The notes beneath the pieces are model-generated. The model made no database searches and was not told the origin of the DNA. It worked only from the letters and a program-made list of their open reading frames with translations. The position numbers and the translations under genes are program-made. DNA of 64,000 nt from Pseudomonadota bacterium (GTDB taxonomy: Bacteria > Bdellovibrionota_B > Oligoflexia > Oligoflexales > CAIYRB01): contig JANOTL010000159.1 in assembly GCA_031416315.1 (NCBI GenBank), positions 9,523 to 73,522 on the forward strand, given 5' to 3'. The first letter of the stretch is position 1; the number at the start of each line of letters is the position of its first letter. Shown here in pieces: positions 18,997 to 27,860 of the stretch.

Positions 18997-19911
18997 GTGT
19001 CCGACGCCCTCGCACCTCCGTTCCCCTTAGCCGGTGAGCTCTCCGCCCTCGGCGCCGCCATGATTTGGTCGATTTCCACCACGATCTACGCGCGCCACGG
19101 CCGCGTCTTCTCCTCCGCCTTCTTGAACCTCTTCAAGAACGTCGTCGCGCTCGTCCTCTTGACGATCGTGATCGTGACCCTCGCGCTGCCGCTCCCCCGC
19201 TTCGCGACCGAGGCCGACACCTACTTCTGGCTCGCGGCTTCCGGCGTCGTCGGCTTGGCCCTCGGCGACACCGGCCTTTTCGCGGCGCTCCGCCGCCTCG
19301 GCGCGCAGCTCACGACTTCGATCCAGTGCCTTTCGCCGCCGATCTCCGCGCTCATCGCGGCCATCTTCCTGCACGAGTCGATGACCACCCCGGAGCTCGT
19401 CGGCATGCTCGTCACCGCCGGCGCCGTCGCCGGCATCGTCTACTTCCGCGATCAAACCAGCCTCGACGCGCCCGCCGGCAAAGTCCTCCTCGGCGGCATC
19501 GTCTTCGCGCTGATCTCCGCCACCTGTCAAGGCGCTCAAGTCGTGATGCAACGTCACGCCCTGCTGAGCGGGGTTCATGTCATCGTCGGCACGGCCTTAC
19601 GCATCGGCCCGGCGCTTCTCGTCCTTCTCGCGATGAACGCGCCAAAGCTTCGCGCCGAGCCGCCCGCGACCGTCGTCAAAAAGCCTTGGGCCTTTCTCTT
19701 CGTCGCGGCATTCCTGGGCACCTTCCTCGGTTTGATTCTCGCCTCCGTCGGCGCGAAGTACGCCAAGGCCGGCGTCGCGGCGGCCCTCACCTCGACCTAT
19801 CCCGTCTGGGTGATGCCGATCGCCCGCGTCTATCTCAACGAGCGCATAGGCTGGCCCCGCGCCGCATGTACCGTCCTCGCCGTTTGCGGCATCATCATTC
19901 TCGTCTTCTGA
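18997..19911 (+). CDS. DMT/EamA family transporter
   Basis: About 10 hydrophobic helices in two repeats (GLALGD, FLHE; YLNERI); start GTG 18997 or ATG 18982. Confidence 0.88.
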   Translation: MSDALAPPFPLAGELSALGAAMIWSISTTIYARHGRVFSSAFLNLFKNVVALVLLTIVIVTLALPLPRFATEADTYFWLAASGVVGLALGDTGLFAALRRLGAQLTTSIQCLSPPISALIAAIFLHESMTTPELVGMLVTAGAVAGIVYFRDQTSLDAPAGKVLLGGIVFALISATCQGAQVVMQRHALLSGVHVIVGTALRIGPALLVLLAMNAPKLRAEPPATVVKKPWAFLFVAAFLGTFLGLILASVGAKYAKAGVAAALTSTYPVWVMPIARVYLNERIGWPRAACTVLAVCGIIILVF

Positions 19912-19935
19912 GCGCCTCTCTAGGAGCCACCGAGC

Positions 19936-20376
19936 GTGCAAACCCCGTTCAGCAACTTCCCGCATCCCGACAACTTCGGCCGCATCTTGGGCTACGAGGT
20001 GAAAAGCTTCGACCGCGAGCAACGCGAGGCGATGGTCCGTCTGCCAACCCGCGACGACCACGTCTCGCCCTCCGGCAAGATCCACGGCGGCGTCATCTCC
20101 GCGCTCCTCGACTACAGCTGCGGCGTCGCCACCTGCACGACCCTCGGCGACGGCGAGCTGTGCTCGACCGTCGAGATCAAGGTGAACTACTTCCGCCCCG
20201 TCAATCTCGGGGAAGTGCTCGAGGCGACCGCGCGCGTCGTCTTCCGCGGCAAGAAGCTCTGCGGCCTCACGGCGCTGCTCCACCGCGCCGGCGATCCGGA
20301 GCCGGTTGCCATGGCCTCCGCGACCTTCAACATCATCCGCAGCGAAGGCCCCACAAAAGGCGGGGGCACGGCCTGA
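19936..20376 (+). CDS. PaaI-family hotdog thioesterase
   Basis: GKIHGGVISALLD, STVEIKVNYFRP. Confidence 0.9.
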   Translation: MQTPFSNFPHPDNFGRILGYEVKSFDREQREAMVRLPTRDDHVSPSGKIHGGVISALLDYSCGVATCTTLGDGELCSTVEIKVNYFRPVNLGEVLEATARVVFRGKKLCGLTALLHRAGDPEPVAMASATFNIIRSEGPTKGGGTA

Positions 20377-20640
20377 GAAAGCCGTGCCCGTCGATGGACT
20401 TCGCTGTACCGATGCTGGTCAAGTGCCTGGCAGATGTTGACACGCAGCGCGTGCCGGGAACCGGGAAGGCCTCGTGTGAGGCTGAGAGGCGCGTTCTAAG
20501 AGCTTTGAGATACGTACTTGACCGAAGGAGCCGGCGAAGCCGACCCGTAGGTACAGCGAAGATGACGTTTCACGCGCCTCGGAGAGCTTTGATGTTTCCA
20601 CTGTAAAGCCGCCCCCGAGCTGCCGCGAATATCATCCCCC
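20364..20640. ncRNA. Candidate structured non-coding RNA or element of unknown family
   Basis: Several long-range complementary segments and internal hairpins between convergent genes; see findings. Confidence 0.5.
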
Positions 20641-20670
20641 GGACAAATATTACTGAGTCTAACCAGGCTG

Positions 20671-21072
20671 TTAAAGACCAGCCCCGCGATCTTGGCCGCC
20701 CCCCCGCGGCTGGCGAATCAATTTATCGTTTAGATTCCGTCTGCTTACAGCAAACGCCGCAACTTCCGCCTCCATCTTGCCGACGCACGTCAACCCGAAC
20801 ATCTTGAAGTCGGCGAGGAGGGACCACAGCGGATACGTCCAGCTCGCCGGCTTGTTCTTCTCGATCACGAAGTGCCCGAACCAGGCGAAGCCGTAACCCG
20901 CGACCGGTAGAAGCAGCACGAGCCAAGCTTTTCCTGTCGCCAGCGCGGTGGCCGCCAAGGCGATCACCAAGGTCGTGCCGATGAAGTGCAGGCGCCGGTT
21001 CTTGCGGTCGGAGTGCTCGCCGACGTAGTACGGCCAGAACTCCGTGAAACTTTGAATGCGCTTCTCGCTCAC
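20671..21072 (-). CDS. DUF962 (Mpo1-like) membrane protein
   Basis: SFTEFWPYYVGEHS..NRRLHFIGT..GYGFAWFGHFVIEKNKPASWTYPLWSL; GTG start. Confidence 0.88.
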   Translation of the reverse strand: MSEKRIQSFTEFWPYYVGEHSDRKNRRLHFIGTTLVIALAATALATGKAWLVLLLPVAGYGFAWFGHFVIEKNKPASWTYPLWSLLADFKMFGLTCVGKMEAEVAAFAVSRRNLNDKLIRQPRGGGQDRGAGL

Positions 21073-21105
21073 TCCGCCCCCCCGCTTTTCGGTAGATTCC
21101 CCTCC

Positions 21106-21753
21106 ATGAATACAGCCTCGCCGCGTCCCGTCAAAGCCTGTCTCTTCGACATGGGCAATACGCTCGTCATCATCGACAACGCTCGGAAGGAGCGCGCCGT
21201 CGGCTCGGTGCTCGGCATCACGCCGGATGCCGCGAAAGCTCTCTTGAGCCGCGACTCCCTGCAGGATCGCCTGGAGGGCGGCACCCTTTCGACGCAGGAC
21301 TTCCTCGACGCGCTCCGCGACGCCAGCCGCCGCCGCGTCACTGACGCCGCGCTGCGCGCCGCGTTTTGCGACATGTTCTCGGAGCTCCCAGGCGCTGCGA
21401 CCCTCGTGCGTGAGCTGCACGACGCCGGCACGCGCCTCGTCGTCGTCTCGAACACCAACCAGATCCATATCGACTTCGTGCTGGAGCATTACCCGCATCT
21501 CCAGCTTTTCGACGCCCACGTGTATTCCCACGTCATCGTGTCGATGAAACCCGAGACGAAGTTCTACGCTGCGGCCGACGATGTCGCCCTCGCGCCCCGT
21601 CCCCAGTCGATCTTCATCGATGACCTCGCGGTCAACGTCGATGGTGCCAAGGCCTTCGGCTTCGCCGGCCACCTGATGATCCCGAACGCGAGCGGGGTTG
21701 CCGCCCTCCGCGCAAACCTGCGAGATCTCGGCGCACTTGGGGACAACTTGTGA
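21106..21753 (+). CDS. HAD-family phosphatase
   Basis: FDMGNTL, SNTN, MKPE, FIDD. Confidence 0.88.
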   Translation: MNTASPRPVKACLFDMGNTLVIIDNARKERAVGSVLGITPDAAKALLSRDSLQDRLEGGTLSTQDFLDALRDASRRRVTDAALRAAFCDMFSELPGAATLVRELHDAGTRLVVVSNTNQIHIDFVLEHYPHLQLFDAHVYSHVIVSMKPETKFYAAADDVALAPRPQSIFIDDLAVNVDGAKAFGFAGHLMIPNASGVAALRANLRDLGALGDNL

Positions 21754-21782
21754 GCTCGCCAAGTCGGCCTTGGGAATTCCTC

Positions 21783-21809
21783 TAAGGATTCTTACGCCTT
21801 CGACGATGA
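21783..21809 (+). promoter_or_regulatory. sigma28-like promoter
   Basis: TAAG-N15-GACGATGA upstream of the CapA-family gene. Confidence 0.45.
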
Positions 21810-21830
21810 ACCCCACGCAGCTCAATTCGC

Positions 21831-22934
21831 GTGGAGATCTTCGTCGTGCGCCGCCTTTGGCTCCTCCCATTGCCGCTAATCTTCGTCGCCTCCGACCTTC
21901 TGGCGCAGTCGGTCGACCTGCGCGCGGTCGGCGATGCCGCCTACATCGCGGGCTACGCGATTTACGGCACCCCGCCGCCCGACTGGGTGAAGGACCGCCT
22001 GAAGGACTTCGCCGTCCTGAAGTCTCCCGACCTCAACTTCCTCAACCTCGAAGCCAACCTGACCCGAGGCTGCAAGCGCTTCTTTCCGAAGGATTTCCAG
22101 TTCGCGGTCGCTCCCGAGGCGCTCGCCGCCTTCGCGAAAGAAGGCTTTAACCTCGTCTCCCTTGCCAACAACCACGGCCAGGACTGCGTCGACCCGGACT
22201 CCGCCCTCGAGATCGACAAGGCCTTGGCCGCCGCTCGGGCCCAGGCGCCCGACTTCGTCGCCCACGGCATCTCCGCCAACGTCGACCGCCTCGCGCGCGA
22301 GCCTGCCATCTTCGAGAAGAACGGCGTGCGCATCGGGATGATCGCGATCAAAGGCTGGGAGGGGGGCAAGCGCGCCAACATCGGAAATACCGATAACCGC
22401 ATCGAGCTCTTCACCGCCCTCCGCGACGCCAAGGTCGACATCCGCATTCTCAGCGTGCACGGCGGCACGGAGAGCTCCCGCCGTCCCCACGAAGTGATCA
22501 TGAGCCTAGCGCGCGAGTTCGTCGGCAAATACGGCGGCGACCTCGTCCTCGCGCATCATCCCCACGTCATGCAGGGCTTCGAGCTCCTAGAGAAGGCCGA
22601 TGGCCGCGTCGCCGCGGTCTTCTACTCGCTCGGCAACTTCCTTCACAACGGCCTCAGCGACCGCGGCGACGGCATGCTTGCGCGCGTTCGACTGACGAGG
22701 GAAGGCCTCGATCCCAACGCCGTCGAGGCCTTCCCGCTCGCGCGCGCCAACACGCGTCCCGGCCCGATCACACCGGCTGAGCTCCCGGGCGCTCTGGCCG
22801 TTCTCAAGACCTCGAGCGCCGTTGCCCTTGCCCGCAAGCTTCCGGCTGGCTTGAAGCAGGTGCCGTTCCAACTTCTCCGCATCGAAGCGCCCGCTCCCGG
22901 ACTTCGCCTGCTCGTCACCCCGTCCAAACCGTAA
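21831..22934 (+). CDS. CapA-family secreted metallophosphoesterase
   Basis: AVGD, NLE, SLANNHGQD, VHGG.E, HHPHVMQ, YSLGNF; exact start uncertain. Confidence 0.88.
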   Translation: MEIFVVRRLWLLPLPLIFVASDLLAQSVDLRAVGDAAYIAGYAIYGTPPPDWVKDRLKDFAVLKSPDLNFLNLEANLTRGCKRFFPKDFQFAVAPEALAAFAKEGFNLVSLANNHGQDCVDPDSALEIDKALAAARAQAPDFVAHGISANVDRLAREPAIFEKNGVRIGMIAIKGWEGGKRANIGNTDNRIELFTALRDAKVDIRILSVHGGTESSRRPHEVIMSLAREFVGKYGGDLVLAHHPHVMQGFELLEKADGRVAAVFYSLGNFLHNGLSDRGDGMLARVRLTREGLDPNAVEAFPLARANTRPGPITPAELPGALAVLKTSSAVALARKLPAGLKQVPFQLLRIEAPAPGLRLLVTPSKP

Positions 22935-23001
22935 ACACCGAGCGCGCGCTATCGCCCGCGCCAAGTCCTCGAAACCCTGGCCCTTCCTGCCTTTTGGGCC
23001 G

Positions 23002-23017
23002 TGGTCGCATCTTTGCA
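23002..23017 (+). promoter_or_regulatory. Possible sigma54 (-24/-12) promoter
   Basis: TGGTCGCATCTTTGCA = GG-N10-GC. Confidence 0.35.
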
Positions 23018-23103
23018 GTGTCAGCAACACACTCGAATTCCCCGCGGCTCTTCCCCGTAGTCCTCCGTAAACGCTGACGCCTTCTCGTCCCCTTGGCACT
23101 CGC

Positions 23104-23131
23104 TCAAGTCATGGCTCATTGGAGCCGATGA
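23104..23131 (+). promoter_or_regulatory. sigma28 (FliA)-type promoter
   Basis: TCAA-N16-GCCGATGA about 50 bp upstream of the lipoprotein operon. Confidence 0.6.
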
Positions 23132-23181
23132 AGTGAATTGAGCGGAACCGATGCTTTGCGTTTTCCTAGGACGAGGGTCTC

Positions 23182-24426
23182 TTGAAATCACGTTCGTTGA
23201 GACGAAACGCCCTGATGGCGCCCTTGGCCGCGGCCCTGGTCGTCGCCGCCTGCGGCGAAGGCGGCGCCAAAGTCAACGCGCCCCCGATGGGCGCGCAGAG
23301 CAACTTGCGCCCGGGCACATCGAATACGCTCGACCAGAAACCGAATCCAGGCGGTGGTGGCGCCACTCCCGGCGGCGGCTCGCTCGCCGCCGACCTCGAA
23401 GGCAAATCGATCATCGAGGCCAAGTACGGCCTCAACATCAAGGCCGCCGGCTTCGACTTCTGCGAAGGCCAGGCGATCTTCAAGATCAACGTGCCGGCGG
23501 CGCCGAAAGCGGGCATCAAGCCCAAGCCGCCGCTCGACCTGAAGTGCGTCTCGATCAATTGCTCCATCGTCGGCGAGATCCGTCTCGACAACCTCCTCGG
23601 CGGCCTCTCCTCCGGTACCGCGAGCGAGCTCGAGGCGCAGACCGGCAAAGGGATGAAGCTCGAGCTCGACGAGAAGTTCATCCGTTTCAGCGAGGCCGGC
23701 CCGATCACCTACAATCCGCCGCTGATCCTGATCCCGAACTTCTCCGGCGGCTCGAAGGAATTCCTGAAGTCGATGAACGAGACGCAGCCCGTGACGCTGC
23801 AGGACAGCACGGCCGGCGCCTCCGCCAGCGGCACCCAGACCATCAAGACGACGATGTTCGAGCAATCCTGGAACGAGCACAAGATCCCGAACGTCAAGTT
23901 CGAGGACGTCTTCCAGTTCCAGCTCGTCAACGACGGCTTCAACGGCATCGACAAGATCCCGGCGCTCCTCTTCGAGTCGTTCGAGATGACGATGAACCTG
24001 AAGCCGATCGCCATCGGCGAGATCCAGATCCGCATGGCGGCCGCCGACCTGATGGCCATGATGAAGAAGAAGGACGGCGCCGCAGCCCCCGTTTATGACC
24101 CCGAGTGCGGCCCGCCGCCTCCGGTCAAGCCCGACTCGGGCGGCCTAGGTTCGCTCCTCGGCGGCATCGGCGGCGGCGGCGGCAGCGGCTCGCCTTCCCT
24201 CCTCGGCTCCATCGTCGGCGTCCTCATGCCGGTGATCACCAAGCTCATCAAAGTCGAGCTCAAAGCGACCCTGTTGGAGCAAAAAGGCCTGAAAGAAGCC
24301 TTCGAGAAGCAAGACGAGTTCGACAAGCTCCTCGACTCCAGCAAGGTCAGCGAAGGCGAGGCCGACAAGGGCTCCAGCTCCGGCTCGAGCAAAAGCTCCG
24401 GCAGCAGCAGCAACGAGGACGGCTGA
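23182..24426 (+). CDS. Hypothetical lipoprotein (paralog of 25284-26195)
   Basis: Lipobox VAAC; Gly/Ser linkers; shares motif order with the third gene of the operon. Confidence 0.82.
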   Translation: MKSRSLRRNALMAPLAAALVVAACGEGGAKVNAPPMGAQSNLRPGTSNTLDQKPNPGGGGATPGGGSLAADLEGKSIIEAKYGLNIKAAGFDFCEGQAIFKINVPAAPKAGIKPKPPLDLKCVSINCSIVGEIRLDNLLGGLSSGTASELEAQTGKGMKLELDEKFIRFSEAGPITYNPPLILIPNFSGGSKEFLKSMNETQPVTLQDSTAGASASGTQTIKTTMFEQSWNEHKIPNVKFEDVFQFQLVNDGFNGIDKIPALLFESFEMTMNLKPIAIGEIQIRMAAADLMAMMKKKDGAAAPVYDPECGPPPPVKPDSGGLGSLLGGIGGGGGSGSPSLLGSIVGVLMPVITKLIKVELKATLLEQKGLKEAFEKQDEFDKLLDSSKVSEGEADKGSSSGSSKSSGSSSNEDG

Positions 24427-24429
24427 GCC

Positions 24430-25278
24430 ATGCGCCGCCTTGCCGCCATCTTTGCCTTCGGAGCCGCCGCGACCCTCGCGGCAGGCTGCGGCGCGCCCGT
24501 GAAGAGCGCGAGCGAGGTCGCGAGCCTGTTTGCCGGCGACGCGACGACTCTGCAGCAAAAAGTCTCAGACCTCTGCGGCATCCTCGCCGCCCGTGACGCC
24601 GAGCCGACCCTGAAGAACACCAACATCCCGTACAACGACTGCGCGGACGTCGGTCTTGCCGCGCAGAACCTGACCGACATCGAGCGCTTCGGCTTCCTGG
24701 GCCTGGACTCGGGCAAGAAGGAAGACGACGTCATCCGCTTCGCTCTGCGCACCGAGGTCTGGCTCAATCGGGACCTGATCGATCTCGCCAGCGTCGCCAG
24801 CGACCTCATGAAGAAGAAGAAGGCCGAAGGCGGCGGCAAAGGCATCCTCGACCTGCCCGAAGGCGGCGTCGGCAAGGCCGGCGGACCGATCAAGCTCGCG
24901 GTCAAGATCACCAAAGAGCCCAAGTTCGACCTCGCGGAGTTCGCCTTCGGCATGGAGCTCAACTTCAAGGCCGACGGCATCATCCTCGCCGACAACACCA
25001 TCGCCATCGACGGCAAGCTGATCGACAACAAAATCGCCGCGCACGTGCGCACCCTAGAGGACCAGCCGTTCGAGAAGTCGATCCTGAAGTCGCTCGAAGC
25101 CTTGTTCATCGCCACTCCGCATGCCGGGGACGTCTACGTCGACGTCTTCCTGGACATGCAGGTCCACTCCCTCGGCGTCGGCGACGAGGCGATCAAATCC
25201 AAAGTCCAAGACCTGATGAGCTCCTATCTCAAGACGGCCATCGACGGCCTCTTGAACCTGAAGAAGAAAGAGGGCTGA
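24430..25278 (+). CDS. Hypothetical lipoprotein, possibly START/helix-grip fold
   Basis: Lipobox AAGC; run of beta-strands ending in a long amphipathic C-terminal helix. Confidence 0.78.
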   Translation: MRRLAAIFAFGAAATLAAGCGAPVKSASEVASLFAGDATTLQQKVSDLCGILAARDAEPTLKNTNIPYNDCADVGLAAQNLTDIERFGFLGLDSGKKEDDVIRFALRTEVWLNRDLIDLASVASDLMKKKKAEGGGKGILDLPEGGVGKAGGPIKLAVKITKEPKFDLAEFAFGMELNFKADGIILADNTIAIDGKLIDNKIAAHVRTLEDQPFEKSILKSLEALFIATPHAGDVYVDVFLDMQVHSLGVGDEAIKSKVQDLMSSYLKTAIDGLLNLKKKEG

Positions 25279-25283
25279 GCCCC

Positions 25284-26195
25284 ATGCGCGCGATCCACAA
25301 CCTAAGCGCCGTCGCCCTTCTCGCCTCGCTTGTCGGCGTTGCCGCCTGCGACGAGTCGGACGAGAAGGTGTTCAAGAGCCCGGGCAACACCGAGTCGAAG
25401 CCGATGGCGACCATGATGGACAAGGTCAACGGCGCCGCCGACGGCCTGGCGGCCAGCGACGAGAAGCCGACGGTCGTGGCCTCGGCCACTTACCTGGTCA
25501 ACGTCGAGACCGAGACGACCTCCGTTTGCAACGGCGAGTTCTCCGGCCAGATCATGTCGAACTTCTCCTTCAAGCTGCCCGAGGCCATGATCCAGTGCGC
25601 GGGCCTTCAGCTCGACATCGCCGCGATGCTCGCCGGCGGCCTGACCGGCGGCCTCGGCACCGGTGGCGGCGCCGCGTCCGGCTCCGGGTCGCCCGACCTC
25701 AACAATCTTGTCCACGACGGTCGCGTCCTCAGCATGAAGAGCTTCCTCGGCGCCACCTTCGACCCGCCGCGCCCCGTCCTTCTCGGACCGATCGTCCAGG
25801 ACGCCGAGCGCTACAGGGATTTCAAAACCACCATCGAGACCACCCTCCGAGGGAAGCTCGGCGAGGAATCTTACAACAAGCCCGGCAAGTTCAAGATCGA
25901 GGTGCTCGAGCACAAGGGCACCTTCACGAACGACGCGATCAAGGACAAAGAGCCGCTGACCAACATCCTCCATTGGAAGATGGAGGCCGAGGGCTTCGAA
26001 GGCGTCCCTGTGATGCTCGGCCTGCCGATTCCCTACTTCGAGTTCGTTTGGAACACGCGTCCGATCATGATCCCGAAGGTCGTCGTCAAAGGCTCCCTCC
26101 TCAAGGGCCTCTTGAAAGGCGACTCGGCCCAGGTCGAGAAGCTCGCCGGCACGATCACGATTACTTTGATTGTGAAGGACTACCAGCTCAACTGA
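25284..26195 (+). CDS. Hypothetical lipoprotein (paralog of 23182-24426)
   Basis: Lipobox VAAC; Cys pair and FDPP motif. Confidence 0.82.
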   Translation: MRAIHNLSAVALLASLVGVAACDESDEKVFKSPGNTESKPMATMMDKVNGAADGLAASDEKPTVVASATYLVNVETETTSVCNGEFSGQIMSNFSFKLPEAMIQCAGLQLDIAAMLAGGLTGGLGTGGGAASGSGSPDLNNLVHDGRVLSMKSFLGATFDPPRPVLLGPIVQDAERYRDFKTTIETTLRGKLGEESYNKPGKFKIEVLEHKGTFTNDAIKDKEPLTNILHWKMEAEGFEGVPVMLGLPIPYFEFVWNTRPIMIPKVVVKGSLLKGLLKGDSAQVEKLAGTITITLIVKDYQLN

Positions 26196-26242
26196 CGCGC
26201 AAAGGACTACCCGGGCCGCGGAGCTTCCGGTAACCTTTCATC

Positions 26243-27565
26243 ATGTTGCGCCTCCTCCTCTCGATCCTAGTCGCCTTCTGCGTCGCGCCGCGCGCGCAAG
26301 CGCAGCTCAGCGGCGCCACCAATAAATTGATCGGTGACGCCGGCGTCGCCGGCTCGACCGCCTCTGCCGCCGAGATCAACCCGGCCAACGCCGGCTTCGT
26401 CGATCGCACGCAGATCGACTCCAACGGCTCGCTCTTCTCGTCCAGCACGCTGCTCGTGCGCTATCCCGGCTTCGAGACGGCCGAGACCTCGACCTCCGGC
26501 CTCAGCCTTCCGATCGGCGTCCCGCCGGGCTTCATCTACAAGCTGAACCCGCGCTTCGGCATCGGCGGCTTCTTCGTACCCGGCGTCGGCCTCGGCCAGG
26601 ACGTCGCGGCGAAAAGGATCCCGGTGATCATCCTCGGCACGCTCAACTACCTCGACATCGTCGGAAAGGGCACGCTCAACGGCGCCGGCCATCTGACCGC
26701 CGGCTACCGCGTCCTGCCCAACCTCGGCGTCGGCCTCTCGTTCTCGACCCTATCGGCCGCCTTCGCAGTCGAAGGCAAACCGTCGAACGGCGGCGCGACG
26801 CTCGTGAACGTGAAGGGCTCGATCTCCAACATGAGCATGACCTTCGGCGTGCGCTTCGACCCCGTCCCCAACAAGCTCGCGCTCGGCTTCACCACCGTCC
26901 TGGTCAACAAGAGCGACCTTCAGACCGACATCTCCTCGCCCCTGATCGACAGCGGCCTCGGTGGCGGCGGCGCGGGCGCCAAGCCCCCCGCCAGCGGCAA
27001 GCCGGGCAAGACAAGTAACGGCCAGCTCGACCCCTTCAAGTCCATCGAAGGCGGCTTCTCCTTCCGCATCACTCCGCGCGCGCGCGTCCTGGCGGACTTC
27101 GCCTACAGCCGCGCGAACAAGGAAGAGAAGATTTTCTCCCTCGTCGACCTTCGCGAAAAGAAGAAGGACGTCCACGACACCTTCAGCATCAAGGCCGGCG
27201 GCATCGTCGGCCTCACCGATAACGGCAACGTCATGGTCGGCTACCACAACGAGCCGGCCAAGATCGGCCAGGGCGCCAAGGGCGAGGGCACGCTCGCCGG
27301 CTTCGGCAGCATCGACCTGATCATGATTATGGCCGGCCTCGAGGAGCTCAAGCCCTACACGCAGTACGCCGGCGGCGCTCAGTTCGGCTTCATGCCGCAG
27401 AAAGAGAAGAAGGGCAAAGAGGTGAGCTACTACTACGCCCTGACTCTCTCGACGGGTCTCGTCTATCGCAAGGCCTCTTTGGGCATCGACGAGAAGGGCG
27501 AGTTGCCGGGGGCGTATCTGTCCAAGAAGACGACGATTCCTCTGGGAATCCTGTACCGCTTCTGA
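26243..27565 (+). CDS. FadL/OMPP1/TodX-like outer-membrane beta-barrel
   Basis: Signal peptide; N-terminal GDAGVA...INPA hatch-like motif; alternating beta-strands; C-terminal LYRF. Confidence 0.7.
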   Translation: MLRLLLSILVAFCVAPRAQAQLSGATNKLIGDAGVAGSTASAAEINPANAGFVDRTQIDSNGSLFSSSTLLVRYPGFETAETSTSGLSLPIGVPPGFIYKLNPRFGIGGFFVPGVGLGQDVAAKRIPVIILGTLNYLDIVGKGTLNGAGHLTAGYRVLPNLGVGLSFSTLSAAFAVEGKPSNGGATLVNVKGSISNMSMTFGVRFDPVPNKLALGFTTVLVNKSDLQTDISSPLIDSGLGGGGAGAKPPASGKPGKTSNGQLDPFKSIEGGFSFRITPRARVLADFAYSRANKEEKIFSLVDLREKKKDVHDTFSIKAGGIVGLTDNGNVMVGYHNEPAKIGQGAKGEGTLAGFGSIDLIMIMAGLEELKPYTQYAGGAQFGFMPQKEKKGKEVSYYYALTLSTGLVYRKASLGIDEKGELPGAYLSKKTTIPLGILYRF

Positions 27566-27578
27566 GTCCGTGTCCGCC

Positions 27579-27710
27579 TCAGACGGCGGCGGCAACCCCA
27601 AAACCCGTCACCAGCAGAATCCATCCTGCCTTATCCGGAACGGCCGCGGTCAGCGCCAAGGCCGCGAGCATCCATCCCGAGATCCGCATCCAGCGGGTCA
27701 TAGTCATCAT
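27579..27710 (-). CDS. 43-aa membrane microprotein
   Basis: MMTMTRWMRISGWMLAALALTAAVPDKAGWILLVTGFGVAAAV; GGAGG and GAGGAG RBS; below the ORF-track cutoff. Confidence 0.6.
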   Translation of the reverse strand: MMTMTRWMRISGWMLAALALTAAVPDKAGWILLVTGFGVAAAV

Positions 27711-27748
27711 CTCCTCGGTTCCTCCAGGGGTGTTCCGAGAAAGCGCTT

Positions 27749-27765
27749 TGCAAACGCGGTGCCGA
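27749..27765 (-). promoter_or_regulatory. sigma54 (-24/-12) promoter
   Basis: Minus strand TCGGCACCGCGTTTGCA matches TGGCAC-N5-TTGC with one mismatch. Confidence 0.6.
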
Positions 27766-27860
27766 AACTCTCACGCCGAAATCGTGAAGCAATTCAAGCC
27801 CGGCCGTTTGCGACCTGTGTCGTGCGAGACGCAGTTGTGGGGAGTCTGCAACGCGTTGCG

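Noticed and set aside
20480..20600. Glycine-riboswitch-like words (ACCGAAGGAGC, CTCGGAGAGC) and an SRP-like word (GGCAGATG...GTGCCGGGA) nearby
   Set aside because: The CTCTCAGG and GGAAGGAAGCAGC cores are missing or on the wrong strand, and no gene lies downstream in a riboswitch position
20419..20601. 60-aa minus-strand ORF inside the structured element (possible toxin or leader peptide)
   Set aside because: No hydrophobic helix, no clear RBS, atypical codon usage
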